From a virus: a stretch of 64,000 nt of DNA. The translations under genes were made by a program, and so were the position numbers. The DNA lies in IMG/VR virus record IMGVR_UViG_3300032313_000500, positions 54,471 through 118,470 of that record; one strand, written 5' to 3'. Below the pieces are notes generated by a model that was given only the letters and a program-made list of their open reading frames with translations, had not been told where the DNA came from and made no database searches. Shown here piece after piece: positions 28,347 to 37,782 of this stretch; positions within the stretch are counted from its first letter, which is position 1, and each line of letters starts with the position of its first letter.

Positions 28347-28688
28347 TTACGACCTCTTACCCATATTATGGAAGAAGAGATTATGAGTAGCACGGTTCTG
28401 GACAATCCAACCCTTTGGTCGCTTATCAAGCATCAAGTGCTCTGAAGGTCCGAGCCTGACGACCTTGCCACACGGATACTTGGTCGCTTCACTCGGTGCG
28501 TACATCAAACACACAGAGCATCTCTCAACTGTTTGAAACTCAGGCTTTGGACTCACGCCTCCCAATAGTGGGTCTTCCACTACCTCAAACTTGTGCGTCA
28601 AAAGGTTTTCCTGTGCTTCTTCTTCCGAGCCAGCAAACGGGACTGCGTCACCAGGCGCAAGTTGATACTTTCCTCCGAAAAGACTCAC
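28347..28688 (-). CDS. Hypothetical Zn-binding protein
   Basis: H..., CSVC, PCG; coupled to the upstream gene. Confidence 0.6.
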   Translation of the reverse strand: MSLFGGKYQLAPGDAVPFAGSEEEAQENLLTHKFEVVEDPLLGGVSPKPEFQTVERCSVCLMYAPSEATKYPCGKVVRLGPSEHLMLDKRPKGWIVQNRATHNLFFHNMGKRS

Positions 28689-29080
28689 GCTTCTACCTCG
28701 GGTTCCATGATTTCGTCAACAATCAGTTTGGCGTACTTGCGACGCAAACGCCATAACTTTTCGTTTAGTTCTTTAAAGGACTGTGTGTGTCGTGCCTTTG
28801 ATGAAATGTGTGGGTCAAAAGTCCCGTACTTCTTGAAAGCGATGTTGTCAAGGTCGGGAGACTCAAGAATGATGTCTGAAATCCAATCGGCTTTCTTGTC
28901 CATTGAGAGCATTAGTTCGCACATCCCGTCGTAACCGAATTCGTTGTAAACCTTGTGTGCAACAATGTCGCAGTAGTGCTTACGATAAATTTGCTCTGAT
29001 GTACCTGCGCTCATGAATTGACTAAGAAACTCAGCCATCATCTCGGTTGGTTCACCTTCGGATTCAAATGATTCGTCCAT
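28685..29080 (-). CDS. Hypothetical protein
   Basis: 131-aa ORF with upstream TTGACA-17-TAGTAT promoter. Confidence 0.7.
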   Translation of the reverse strand: MDESFESEGEPTEMMAEFLSQFMSAGTSEQIYRKHYCDIVAHKVYNEFGYDGMCELMLSMDKKADWISDIILESPDLDNIAFKKYGTFDPHISSKARHTQSFKELNEKLWRLRRKYAKLIVDEIMEPEVEA

Positions 29081-29122
29081 AAGCCCCCATTGTAGTCATA
29101 CTAATTATGACACTCGGGTGTG

Positions 29123-30148
29123 TCAAGCAAGTGCAAGAATAATTGACTGGGTTTCTGCTTTTTTGCGTGTAACCCATGAGTTGTTATCCATTGAGGCAAT
29201 TGCTCGCTCTTCTGGTCTGGCGTCCCGATAATGGTCCAAGTACTCGCCGACAGCGTTGTATGCCGACCAACCATTGAAACCGTAACCACCAGCGTTCTTG
29301 TCGTTGATGTACAAACCACGAACAAGTAAATGGATGTCGTCAACATTTTTCTTTTGACGGTCTGTTTCGTTTTTCTTGTGAGGAAACACGCCGTTTACGA
29401 TTTTGTCAAGGGCTGAAGAACCGGCCGGGACTGGCACTCCCAAAAGTTGCTTAGCAGTTGCTTCAAACCCACTTGCCCACATGGTGGAGAGTTTCAACAC
29501 TTCGGTCGCATCTTCAATCGCTGCTTCTGCGTTACGGGTGTGTCGTGCTGTGAAGACTGCGCTGGCCGCACCGAGTCCCGCGACGACTGTGTTCTTGCAG
29601 ACGGCTCGGATTGATGTGTTTGCGTAAGTAATTGCTGTTTTGCCATCGTGTCCGTTGCGAACAAGCAAGTAACGCTGAATCTTGTCATTGATTCCATTTG
29701 GGTCAATAATAAGTGCGCCTAAGTCAAGACATGCGAAAAACTCACGACCATCGTTGAGGACACCACATGTATCCACGATTGCGTCGCCGGCCGAGGCCCC
29801 GACAATAGCCAGAGCACGGTCAAGGCAGTCCTTGTTTTGCTGAACAACGAAACGAGTTCCGACTGTGGACAAACCATCAATAGTTCCATTTGGGTTCACC
29901 CGAACTGTCGCACGGCTGTCTGAGATGAATACGGGGCTCCCGTCGGGATTGCGAAGGGGGTTCAGGTCGTCATCAACAGCAATCACCTTTGTAAGGGCGA
30001 CATCAAAGTCTGCCTGTGCTGCCGTGAGCATCGCCTCAGCCGTCTGGAGACCAGCCATAGGCTGACCCAGTCTGTGCCAAGGGATTTCCCTGTCGGCGTA
30101 AGCCATCTTGGCTCTACCCATTACGTCTCGTTCTAGTTCATGTGCCAT
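29123..30148 (-). CDS. DUF932-family phage/plasmid protein
   Basis: MAHEL...IPWHRLG, RFVVQQN, GVLNDGREFF, YLLVRNGHDG, IRAVCKNT, RHT, WSAYNAV.EYLDH. Confidence 0.88.
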   Translation of the reverse strand: MAHELERDVMGRAKMAYADREIPWHRLGQPMAGLQTAEAMLTAAQADFDVALTKVIAVDDDLNPLRNPDGSPVFISDSRATVRVNPNGTIDGLSTVGTRFVVQQNKDCLDRALAIVGASAGDAIVDTCGVLNDGREFFACLDLGALIIDPNGINDKIQRYLLVRNGHDGKTAITYANTSIRAVCKNTVVAGLGAASAVFTARHTRNAEAAIEDATEVLKLSTMWASGFEATAKQLLGVPVPAGSSALDKIVNGVFPHKKNETDRQKKNVDDIHLLVRGLYINDKNAGGYGFNGWSAYNAVGEYLDHYRDARPEERAIASMDNNSWVTRKKAETQSIILALA

Positions 30149-30264
30149 CTCTAAGCCTTCCGTTAGATTTATGAGAAAGCATACTACGGAATAATGAAAT
30201 ACACAACTTCGTTGAGAAGTTTGTGAGCCCAGCGTTTTGGCTTGCTGATGTGAGTTGGTACAGC

Positions 30265-30300
30265 AAAAAGCCCACCTGCCGAGGGGTAGCAGGTGGGCTT
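30265..30300. terminator. Intrinsic terminator
   Basis: AAAAAGCCCACCTGC..GCAGGTGGGCTT; T-tract on the minus strand. Confidence 0.8.
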
Positions 30301-30426
30301 CAGAGCCTTATCAGAATGGGGATTTTGTTTTCTTTTTCATTACACTTTTTAGTTCCACTCGTGTAATTCGGAGAGTGATGAACCCTGCAACAATTGTTAC
30401 TGCCAGCAGGGGGTGAATGTTTACTG

Positions 30427-30570
30427 CTAAGTCCATTTCTTGACCTTCTTTCGCACCTTGATTTTGTATCCGTTGAAACGAAGTAGTTGCATGATGTGTT
30501 CGGGTATTCCGTCAGTAATCACTATCCCCTTTTGGTTCAGGGCTAGACGAATAATGTCTTTTTTCTTCAT
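30427..30570 (-). CDS. Small basic protein (47 aa)
   Basis: MKKKDIIRLALNQKG...; ATG at the repeated leaderless promoter; below the ORF-track cutoff. Confidence 0.6.
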   Translation of the reverse strand: MKKKDIIRLALNQKGIVITDGIPEHIMQLLRFNGYKIKVRKKVKKWT

Positions 30571-30632
30571 ACCTTCATACTAACGGTAGAAAGAACTAAA
30601 AACAACCTGTCGCCTACTTTTTTTGGTGGAGA

Positions 30633-30821
30633 CTAAATGCCCCACACCTTGCGCCACATCTCTGCGACTACTTCCGCCTGCGCCTCGCTGAGGCAAGGAA
30701 TGGTGTAGTTGAAAGAGTCAGAGGAGTCTCCTGTTGGACTAGAAACCCAAACCTCTACTCGTGAGCCCTGTGCGTAACAAGCGGTTACGCTTCCCTTCAT
30801 ATGTACTGTTGTGTTGTTCAT
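30633..30821 (-). CDS. Hypothetical protein
   Basis: ATG directly at the repeated promoter. Confidence 0.7.
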   Translation of the reverse strand: MNNTTVHMKGSVTACYAQGSRVEVWVSSPTGDSSDSFNYTIPCLSEAQAEVVAEMWRKVWGI

Positions 30822-30860
30822 ACCTTCAATGTATCGGTAGTAAGAGGTAAAAACAACCTC

Positions 30861-32774
30861 TCAAACACCTTTTCTGAATAATCCCATCAGCAGTTCACCC
30901 AACGAGTCGGCTTCAGCGGCGGGACCCCCGTCCACGGCTTGATTGACCACGCCACGCTTGCGCTCAATGAGTGAATAAATCTCCTCGTCAATGGTTCCAT
31001 CACACAACAAATAAGTTGCGGTGACGGAAGACTTCTGTCCCAACCTATGACAGCGACTGTAAGTTTGGTCAATGTCAGCGGGTGTCCACGGAAGTTCTAC
31101 GAATAAAACGTCTTGTGCGACTTGCAGGTTATGCCCCGTCTTCGCTGCTTGGATTGAGAGAACGATGACTGGTGCTTCTTCACATGGCAATGTCATAAAC
31201 TTGTGCTTCTGCGCTTCTATCTCGTTGATGTCCATTCCCCCTTGGATGCGCAAGTTACCGAACGCAAGTGCGAGTTCATCCACTACATCCCTGTGGTGGG
31301 CAGCGATGACGACTTTGCGTCCTTCGGCTACGCGGGACTCAACCCATTCTTTGATAACGGGCATTTTTGCTTTTGCTGACAAGCGACGCAGAACAGAAAG
31401 GCGAACTAAGTGCTGGTTTGACTCTGCTTTGATTTTGGCAACAACAGCAGCAGAGTTTGGATTCAGTCCAAGTTCCAGTGCTATCTCTTTTGCTCGTTGG
31501 ACAAGGTACTCAATGATGTCAGTTTCGGCTTTTCTGTATTCTTTCATTCCGGCCGCAGTCCCGTCAACAAGCACGGGGTCGTGAACAACAGGGGGTAGGT
31601 CGGATAAAACTTGTTCCTTTGTGCGCCGAATGTAACAAGTTGAGCGAAGTAAGTCATTTAGTTCATCAAGATTGCTATGTCCATCAAGATGCCATTGGCC
31701 CCACTTGTCTTTGAAGGCCCCGCAATAGCGTCTGTAGAAACCCCACTCTCCTCCGAACTTATCTAACTTTCCAAGAATGTTTAGTTGGCTTGCGTACTCG
31801 GCTGGTCGGTTGGTAACTGGAGTTCCCGTCAAACACAGAACAATTCCTTCTTTCGGGGCTGACCGTGCGATTTTCACGGCACTCTTAGTTCGCTGTGCTG
31901 TTGGCGTCTTGCAATAGTGACTTTCGTCAAAAACATACGACCTGTGGTTTGAGAGTTGTTTTTCCCACTTATTAAGGTTAGAATAACTAATAACGACTAC
32001 ATCATAATCAGAAGGAAACTCTTTACGGTCTTTTACGACTGCGACCTTCTTGTGTGGGAGCCACCTGTTGTATTCTGCTTTCCAGTTCAACACGAGTGTG
32101 GCGGGACAGACAACAACGGCTGGATAAGAGTCGTACACATACTCCAATGTCGCAATGGCTTGCAATGTTTTTCCCAAGCCCATCTCGTCTGCAATGAAAG
32201 TACGCCGTGCATTACTTGCGTAAGCAACCCCTGCTCGTTGATACGGCAGTAACGTTCCCGTCAGTCCCGTCACTTCAATCTCAGCATCAGTGAGTCGTGA
32301 TGCTTCTCTAAGTTCCGAGAGCGATGTGTCTACTGCTTTGAGCATTTCACGAACTTCGTCAGGAACCTGTTGTTTGAAAGTGTCACCCCACTTCACGACA
32401 TCGGCGATGCTGGTAACCGGGGCTCGCCATGCCATCGTCTTCTTGTCCCAAGTAACTCCTGCTACCTGTTTGACTGACTGAATCATCACTCTGTCGTAAC
32501 CAAAGGACATTGTCAGCCATTTGCCGTCGTAGTTGATGCCCCGTGCTTCGTTCTTATGAGAGGGCAATGTAAACAAGAGGACTTCGGGGTCAATGTCAAA
32601 GTCGTTGTCCTGTGCGAACTGCCTTGCTTCTTCCAGACTCGCCATCGGGGCTCGCCAGACACGGGAAACCTTGTCCCACTTCGCCCCTTTTATCTGTTTG
32701 ACTTTTGCTACCTCGCCTATGTCGTAAGGAAAGTCAAGAACTAGGTGGTCATCGTCAAGGCTGAGTTTTTTCAC
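30861..32774 (-). CDS. SNF2/SMARCAL1-like (HARP-type) helicase
   Basis: LLPYQ, ADEMGLGKT, DESH, LTGTP.TNRP, YIRRTK, QAAKTGHNLQ, QTYSRCHRLGQ; two N-terminal KWD...WRAP repeats. Confidence 0.92.
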   Translation of the reverse strand: MKKLSLDDDHLVLDFPYDIGEVAKVKQIKGAKWDKVSRVWRAPMASLEEARQFAQDNDFDIDPEVLLFTLPSHKNEARGINYDGKWLTMSFGYDRVMIQSVKQVAGVTWDKKTMAWRAPVTSIADVVKWGDTFKQQVPDEVREMLKAVDTSLSELREASRLTDAEIEVTGLTGTLLPYQRAGVAYASNARRTFIADEMGLGKTLQAIATLEYVYDSYPAVVVCPATLVLNWKAEYNRWLPHKKVAVVKDRKEFPSDYDVVVISYSNLNKWEKQLSNHRSYVFDESHYCKTPTAQRTKSAVKIARSAPKEGIVLCLTGTPVTNRPAEYASQLNILGKLDKFGGEWGFYRRYCGAFKDKWGQWHLDGHSNLDELNDLLRSTCYIRRTKEQVLSDLPPVVHDPVLVDGTAAGMKEYRKAETDIIEYLVQRAKEIALELGLNPNSAAVVAKIKAESNQHLVRLSVLRRLSAKAKMPVIKEWVESRVAEGRKVVIAAHHRDVVDELALAFGNLRIQGGMDINEIEAQKHKFMTLPCEEAPVIVLSIQAAKTGHNLQVAQDVLFVELPWTPADIDQTYSRCHRLGQKSSVTATYLLCDGTIDEEIYSLIERKRGVVNQAVDGGPAAEADSLGELLMGLFRKGV

Positions 32775-32824
32775 ACCCGCATCATAGCCCAGCGTTTGCG
32801 TTTGCGTGTTTGTGGGCAGACAGC

Positions 32825-32859
32825 AAAGAGCCCGCCAGCGGAGGGCACTGGCGGGCTCT
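32825..32859 (-). terminator. Hairpin terminator after the CxxC micro-ORF
   Basis: AGAGCCCGCCAG / CTGGCGGGCTCT inverted repeat. Confidence 0.7.
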
Positions 32860-32873
32860 GTGTGGACTGTGCG

Positions 32874-32942
32874 TCAGTCGCAGTGGTCGTGGTCTGGGTA
32901 GTCGTACCCGATTGGTTCGCCACAAGCGGAACATCTGTTCAT
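32874..32942 (-). CDS. 22-aa CxxC micro-protein MNRCSACGEPIGYDYPDHDHCD
   Basis: Own promoter (32961), GAGGAGGAGG RBS and terminator; paralog at 36801. Confidence 0.55.
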   Translation of the reverse strand: MNRCSACGEPIGYDYPDHDHCD

Positions 32943-33066
32943 TTTTTCCTCCTCCTCATTCATACCTTCACTCTATCGGTAATAAAAGGTAAAGACAACC
33001 CGAAACAAAAGAAAGTTATTTACAGCCTTTTCTCCCGCGCCATGAGCCCAGCGTTTGCGCTTGACC

Positions 33067-33327
33067 TCACTTGCCTAACTGAATGGTGTCGCCCGTGTGG
33101 ATAGTAGTCGTGTCTAGAAGTTCGGCTATGTCCCAACTTGCTTGGAGCGTGTGACCCGAACAGTATCTCTCGGTAATTTCTGAAAGAGTGTCGCCTCGCT
33201 CTACCGTCACGCTCACAGCGGGGCAGGAGTAGTCGTACTTGCTGTCAATGATGTTGCTGATTAGCAGGGCTACTGGCACCAATACGATAATGCCAACGGC
33301 TATGCGCCTTCTGATGTATTTACTCAT
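33067..33327 (-). CDS. Membrane-anchored LysM-domain protein
   Basis: N-terminal TM helix; VTVERGDTLSEITERY...IHTGDTIQL. Confidence 0.85.
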   Translation of the reverse strand: MSKYIRRRIAVGIIVLVPVALLISNIIDSKYDYSCPAVSVTVERGDTLSEITERYCSGHTLQASWDIAELLDTTTIHTGDTIQLGK

Positions 33328-33524
33328 AACTTCACTCTATCGGTAATAGAGGGTAAACACAACCTCAAACAAAATAAAGTTATACACAGAGTTATACACA
33401 GCCCACGCTGCGCTAAAACAAAAAACATCATTCCTAATCTACTAACGGTGGCGGAAAGCAAATGGGAATAACTGTCTAGACGCAAGAAGACAACGACGGG
33501 GCTGCGGCGGGAACGTGCAAAAAA

Positions 33525-33713
33525 CAAAAAAAAGAACCCCAACCCGAAGGCTGAGGCTCTAATTCCTTGTGACTCACCATTAGAACTCCCAAGGAAGAGT
33601 TTATGTTTGGTCGTGAGACAATCCAGCAGGTAGGGCTTCTCTGCATAATTGTGGTATTCCCAATCGCCGAGTTGCCTCAGTCTTTGGTTTCCACCTCGGT
33701 GTCCTTTACCGAT
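33525..33713 (-). ncRNA. Candidate ~190-nt structured sRNA
   Basis: Repeated promoter whose start position reads ATC rather than ATG; GNRA hairpins; ends in a UUCG terminator at 33533-33560. Confidence 0.45.
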
Positions 33714-33785
33714 ACTTACACTCTATCGGTTGTAGGGTGTAGTTGCAACCCCAGACCAGAAAAAGTCTGGCGAGTCCCGAGAACG

Positions 33786-34037
33786 TTAGTCCTTGTTGTT
33801 TTCCTCGTACCACAGCGTCTTCACCACTTCAGCCACTTTGATGTGGATGTAATCGTGATGAAAAGGGTCAAACATGGTTCCCCGAATGCGTTCGGCAACG
33901 GCGGGGCGCTCCTTGTCCAGTTTGTTGAAGAACACCTGACCTAGTCGCTTTTTGTTTGCTGGGTGTTCCCAAGAGGCATACACCCTATCCACAAACTCTT
34001 CGTAAGTTCCGTCTTCGTAGTGGTCGTCGCACGTCAT
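33786..34037 (-). CDS. Hypothetical protein
   Basis: MTCDDHYEDG..RLGQVFFN.L; coupled to upstream small ORFs 34034..34141 and 34138..34305. Confidence 0.65.
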   Translation of the reverse strand: MTCDDHYEDGTYEEFVDRVYASWEHPANKKRLGQVFFNKLDKERPAVAERIRGTMFDPFHHDYIHIKVAEVVKTLWYEENNKD

Positions 34038-34137
34038 TCGTCGGCCCCGTCTTCGTTCTCTGTTTCGCACAGGTAAGCGTTAGCCCAAGACTCCATGAAG
34101 TCGTTGTACGCCTCCATGTCCTCCCATGTCCAGTCTT

Positions 34138-34305
34138 TCATTTCAGTTTCGCCTTGCACCAATCGCACTTACGTCCACCATCTATTGCAGGGTCGTCTCC
34201 GTAAATTAGTTCAATGTCGTAACACTGCGACTGACCGTGTGTCATGCAGTAAAGGTATCTACCGTTACGCCATGCTTTTGGTTTGCGTGTCTCTTGTACT
34301 TCCAT
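34138..34305 (-). CDS. 55-aa Cys-containing protein
   Basis: ATG at promoter variant 34303; YC..H...CDWC. Confidence 0.55.
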   Translation of the reverse strand: MEVQETRKPKAWRNGRYLYCMTHGQSQCYDIELIYGDDPAIDGGRKCDWCKAKLK

Positions 34306-34355
34306 AGTTACACTTTACAGGTAGTAACCACTAATACCAACATGGTGAGAAAGAT

Positions 34356-34646
34356 TTACAGTCCTCTGTTGCTGGCTCGCCACTGCGAGGGTGAGTGGTT
34401 CTCCTCAACGCCCCGCTTCTCGTCTTCGTCGTAGTAGAGGCGCAAGATGTGGATGCACGGGTCGCTTTCCTCAAACTCGGCATCTTCTTCTTCTGTGGTG
34501 GGCAATCCGTCATGCGTATAGCAAATCGGGGCTCCAACCCAGCCGTTTTCGTAACCAGTTTGTAGCCAAGACTCAAATGTCGGCTCTTCGTTTATTCTCT
34601 CCATCATTTCAGATGGGTCAAAGTTTTCTGCATCTTTTCCTACCAT
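34356..34646 (-). CDS. Acidic hypothetical protein
   Basis: WLQTGYENGWVGAPICYTHDGLP...DPCIHILRLY. Confidence 0.7.
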   Translation of the reverse strand: MVGKDAENFDPSEMMERINEEPTFESWLQTGYENGWVGAPICYTHDGLPTTEEEDAEFEESDPCIHILRLYYDEDEKRGVEENHSPSQWRASNRGL

Positions 34647-34804
34647 GCTTGCAGGTTACAGGTTAGAAGCAGGTACGACAACCCGTGCGTCGTTTTCTTT
34701 GGAGAAAGCGAGGGCGCTGTTTGTTCGGCTCTTCCTTCGGTTCTTCCGGCTCTTTCGGAGCCCCGTCGTCTTCTGGTGGTTTTGTCATGTACCCATAATA
34801 CGAC

Positions 34805-34837
34805 AAATGCCCCTCAACCATTTTCAGGTTGGGGGCA
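34805..34837 (-). terminator. Hairpin terminator
   Basis: TGCCCCTCAACC / GGTTGGGGGCA inverted repeat. Confidence 0.6.
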
Positions 34838-35036
34838 CATGACGCCTCATTGAATGGGGGTGTGTGAGGTCTGTGTAAAACTTAGTCTTCTCGGGGCTTC
34901 TCGTCGGGAACTTTTGGAGTAAAAAACGGAGAGTTCATCTTTGCTTTTTCCCAAGCCTTCATAAACTCTTGGCGCTCGGCTTCTATTTCCTCTTCGGTTT
35001 GGGCTGCTCGTCTCATGGAGTGAGCATAGCAAATCT

Positions 35037-35327
35037 TCACCCTGTCTTCCACCAAATTCGGTCGCCTTCGTACTCGTCTTCGTACTCGTAGTCCATCCCA
35101 AACTCTCTATCAAGGCACTCATGACACCTGTTCTTGACGCTTACTTCTCGTCGTGCGTACTCAGCCATCTCTTTTGCGGTCTTAGTTGCCCCGCATTCGT
35201 TGCAACGGGCTGGTCTGTCGGCTACAAACTTGCGATAGTACGCCTGCCTGCGCCTCATGTTCCTGAGGTTCTTGCGTTCGGTCGCTTGTCGTTGCGCTCT
35301 ACGCTGCGCGGGGCTGACTCTCTCCAC
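35037..35327 (-). CDS. Basic Zn-finger hypothetical protein
   Basis: GGAGAGG RBS; CNEC and CHEC. Confidence 0.6.
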   Translation of the reverse strand: MERVSPAQRRAQRQATERKNLRNMRRRQAYYRKFVADRPARCNECGATKTAKEMAEYARREVSVKNRCHECLDREFGMDYEYEDEYEGDRIWWKTG

Positions 35328-35422
35328 TATTCCTCTCCTGCTAGGTCTAGACAGTACTTGCACTCACCGTTGCTACTGCAATGGCAATGGTCGGGCATCT
35401 CTGGGGTTGTGTATTTACTCAT
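35327..35422 (-). CDS. 31-aa Cys-rich micro-protein
   Basis: MSKYTTPEMPDHCHCSSNGECKYCLDLAGEE; ATG at the repeated promoter. Confidence 0.55.
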   Translation of the reverse strand: MSKYTTPEMPDHCHCSSNGECKYCLDLAGEE

Positions 35423-35605
35423 ACCTTCACTCTATCGGTAGTAAAGGGTAGTTCCAACCTGCAACAAAAGAAAGTTATCCACAGGTTTATCCACATCTAC
35501 GAAAAAATCAAAAAAAATCTCAGACCCCCTGGGGTGTGTCATAGTTTCTAATCTTATAACGGTGGCGGAAAGCAAATCACGGGGCATCGCCAGATGCCGT
35601 GATGG

Positions 35606-35902
35606 CTAACCAACCCTCATGTTGTCAGGCTTATGCGTGTCGTTCGGGTTGCGAACCACAAATGTGTTTTCGGGCGCACGACCTTTGTACTCGTAGTCAA
35701 GTGCGTCGGCGTGGAACAGGGCGAGCCCCGTCTTGGCTAGATAATCGTCAAGGAAATCTTGCATTGCGCTCAAACGGGCAAACGAAATAGAGACCGTAAA
35801 GGGTTTCGTCGGCGAACCGACTTCCATCTCCCTCAGCAGTTCATCTGTCGTGATGCCAAGAGCCTCGGCAAGTTTCTTGATGTCTTTGGCTGTTTTCCTC
35901 AT
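35606..35902 (-). CDS. Small protein with XRE-like helix pair
   Basis: IKKLAEALGITTDELL; ATG at the repeated promoter. Confidence 0.6.
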   Translation of the reverse strand: MRKTAKDIKKLAEALGITTDELLREMEVGSPTKPFTVSISFARLSAMQDFLDDYLAKTGLALFHADALDYEYKGRAPENTFVVRNPNDTHKPDNMRVG

Positions 35903-35939
35903 ACTTTCACTCTAGCGATAGTAAGAGGTAAAGACAACC

Positions 35940-36152
35940 TCACTCCTCGTATTCTTCGTCTAGGGTCAGGCAACCGAGAGCGTTGCTTGCTCGTGCGATT
36001 TCCTCGTCGCTCCACGGCAAGTCCTCGGGCCAGTCCTGTGGCTTTCCGTACCACCATGATGTCATGTGGCCACTCGGGCCAGTCAAGGCTTTGAGAGCCT
36101 CTCTTAGTTCTTCGGCTAGTCTTGCTACTTCTGTTATTTGGGTTTTCCTCAT
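35940..36152 (-). CDS. Hypothetical protein
   Basis: ATG at the repeated promoter. Confidence 0.65.
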   Translation of the reverse strand: MRKTQITEVARLAEELREALKALTGPSGHMTSWWYGKPQDWPEDLPWSDEEIARASNALGCLTLDEEYEE

Positions 36153-36259
36153 ACCTTCAATCTATGGATAGTAAAGGGTAGAAACAACCTGAACCCAAAC
36201 TTTTTTCAGAATGTTTCCCGTGAAACAATTAGGCATGCCTAACAAGCATTACGCAACTG

Positions 36260-36295
36260 AGGGGTGTGTCAAGGTTTAGGGGTGTGTCAAGGTTT
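36260..36295. repeat. Perfect 18-bp tandem repeat AGGGGTGTGTCAAGGTTT x2
   Basis: 36260-36277 and 36278-36295. Confidence 0.85.
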
Positions 36296-36687
36296 CAGTC
36301 GTACTGCTTGTCGCACATCATTGAGCGAACTTGGTCTGCGCTCAGCAGGAAGCCCCGTGCTGGGTTGTCGCCATCAGAAGCGAGACCAATCTTGGTCATC
36401 GGCTGGTTCGCCCGAAGGTATCTCTTTAGCCGTGCAACGCTGACAATGAAGAAGGAATCCGGGGCCAACCGATAAACCCACCAGTCGGCTGTTGTTACAT
36501 TTATACCTGACAACTGCCAGTCTTTACCTGCTGGCTTTTGCTCTGTTTCCACTACCATCTTGCCGTTACGGTACCTGTCCGACTTGACCTCAACGGCCCC
36601 GCTGCCGAACAACTCTCTTGCGTTGTCCTCACCTGCTTCTCCGTATGTAAGGTCGGCTTGAAAGTCAAAGCGTGGTTCGTATCCCAT
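36295..36687 (-). CDS. PD-(D/E)XK-like nuclease
   Basis: VEVKSDRY..GKMVVETE...SGINVTTADWWVY. Confidence 0.6.
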   Translation of the reverse strand: MGYEPRFDFQADLTYGEAGEDNARELFGSGAVEVKSDRYRNGKMVVETEQKPAGKDWQLSGINVTTADWWVYRLAPDSFFIVSVARLKRYLRANQPMTKIGLASDGDNPARGFLLSADQVRSMMCDKQYD

Positions 36688-36800
36688 TCCTTTACGCTAT
36701 CACGGGGCTACGCACGGGCAACTAGCGAGATGAGTGGAGACAGCCAAAAGCCCCCTAGCCTGTCCTGTCGGAGGGCTTCGGGGGCTGTGGTGTGGCTGTG

Positions 36801-36878
36801 CTATTCGCAGTCGCACGAGTCAGGCTTGTCATACCCGAACTCGTAACCACACTCAGGACAAGTGCTGGTTTCGTTCAT
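36801..36878 (-). CDS. 25-aa CxxC micro-protein MNETSTCPECGYEFGYDKPDSCDCE
   Basis: Own promoter (36896), GGAGGAGG RBS, downstream hairpin; paralog at 32874. Confidence 0.55.
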   Translation of the reverse strand: MNETSTCPECGYEFGYDKPDSCDCE

Positions 36879-36970
36879 TTTACCTCCTCCCCATTCATAA
36901 CTTCATCATATCGGTAATAAAAGGTAAAAACAACCTCACGCCGAAAATAAGTTTGTGGTATTCTGCGCTC

Positions 36971-37237
36971 ATGCCAAGCACGTGGGGCAGCAGCCCCGAA
37001 GACAGTAATTCATTTGTTGGGAACGACATTCCTCAGTACACGAAGTTCTTTGACTTACACGAGATGGACTTTGAGATGCGACGGGTCTCGGGACTCTGGG
37101 ACGTTCTGGCGTGGACTCGTGACAACGAAGATGTTTGGGCTGTGTCCAAGAAGTGCGAGTCGCTCGGAGATGCGTTCAACTCCTGTTACACAGAAGTGAA
37201 AAAACAGATGCGTCTTCTCAGCCCCGAGGAAAACTAA
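36971..37237 (+). CDS. Hypothetical protein, single + strand gene in a minus-strand block
   Basis: ATG 36971; followed by a terminator. Confidence 0.6.
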   Translation: MPSTWGSSPEDSNSFVGNDIPQYTKFFDLHEMDFEMRRVSGLWDVLAWTRDNEDVWAVSKKCESLGDAFNSCYTEVKKQMRLLSPEEN

Positions 37238-37269
37238 AAAACCACCCACCCGAAGGCAAGTGGCTTTTT
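37236..37269. terminator. Bidirectional terminator
   Basis: AAAAAACCAC..CCGAAGG..GTGGCTTTTT. Confidence 0.6.
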
Positions 37270-37280
37270 GTGGAGACTGT

Positions 37281-37502
37281 TTAGATGTAAGAGTTTGAGT
37301 CCATGTAAGACTCAACCGACAACTCGTAGTCCGAAGTGAGTTCCCACTCTTCCTCGGTACCCTCGTTACCGTTCCCTAGCCAGTCCTCGTAGTTCTCGTT
37401 GTACCTGTCCGAGTCCTTGAAGTCTTCTTCTGCCCTGTCCCAAGCGTCTTGTGCTTCACAAGCGTCTTGGTAAGGCTGTTCTAGCCATTGGTCGTAACCC
37501 AT
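37281..37502 (-). CDS. Very acidic hypothetical protein
   Basis: AAAGGA RBS after the repeated promoter. Confidence 0.7.
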   Translation of the reverse strand: MGYDQWLEQPYQDACEAQDAWDRAEEDFKDSDRYNENYEDWLGNGNEGTEEEWELTSDYELSVESYMDSNSYI

Positions 37503-37614
37503 AACGTTTCCTTTCTTGGTTGTAATAACATACTAAGGGTAGTAAAAGGTAAAAACAACCTGCTAAAGAAATAAGTTATCCACAGGCTGTCCGTGCGGAA
37601 GGCGTTTTGCTGGG

Positions 37615-37782
37615 CTACCGAACACGTGCGTTGATGTCAATGAAACGGAAGCAGGCTTCGCTTCGTTCGCTCTCGTCTTCACACAGCAATACCGCTGTTG
37701 CCTGAGCCCCGGTCAAGTCGTAAAGGCGCACATACCTAGCGTGTTCGCAGACATACGGGTTTCCAGTCAGTTCGTCTTTCAT
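37615..37782 (-). CDS. 55-aa hypothetical protein
   Basis: ATG at the repeated promoter; VCEH...LCE...C. Confidence 0.55.
   Translation of the reverse strand: MKDELTGNPYVCEHARYVRLYDLTGAQATAVLLCEDESERSEACFRFIDINARVR

Noticed and set aside
33324-33542. 72-aa ORF MGFFFLFF...
   Set aside because: Runs through a terminator, the polar motif and DnaA boxes; no RBS; low-complexity translation
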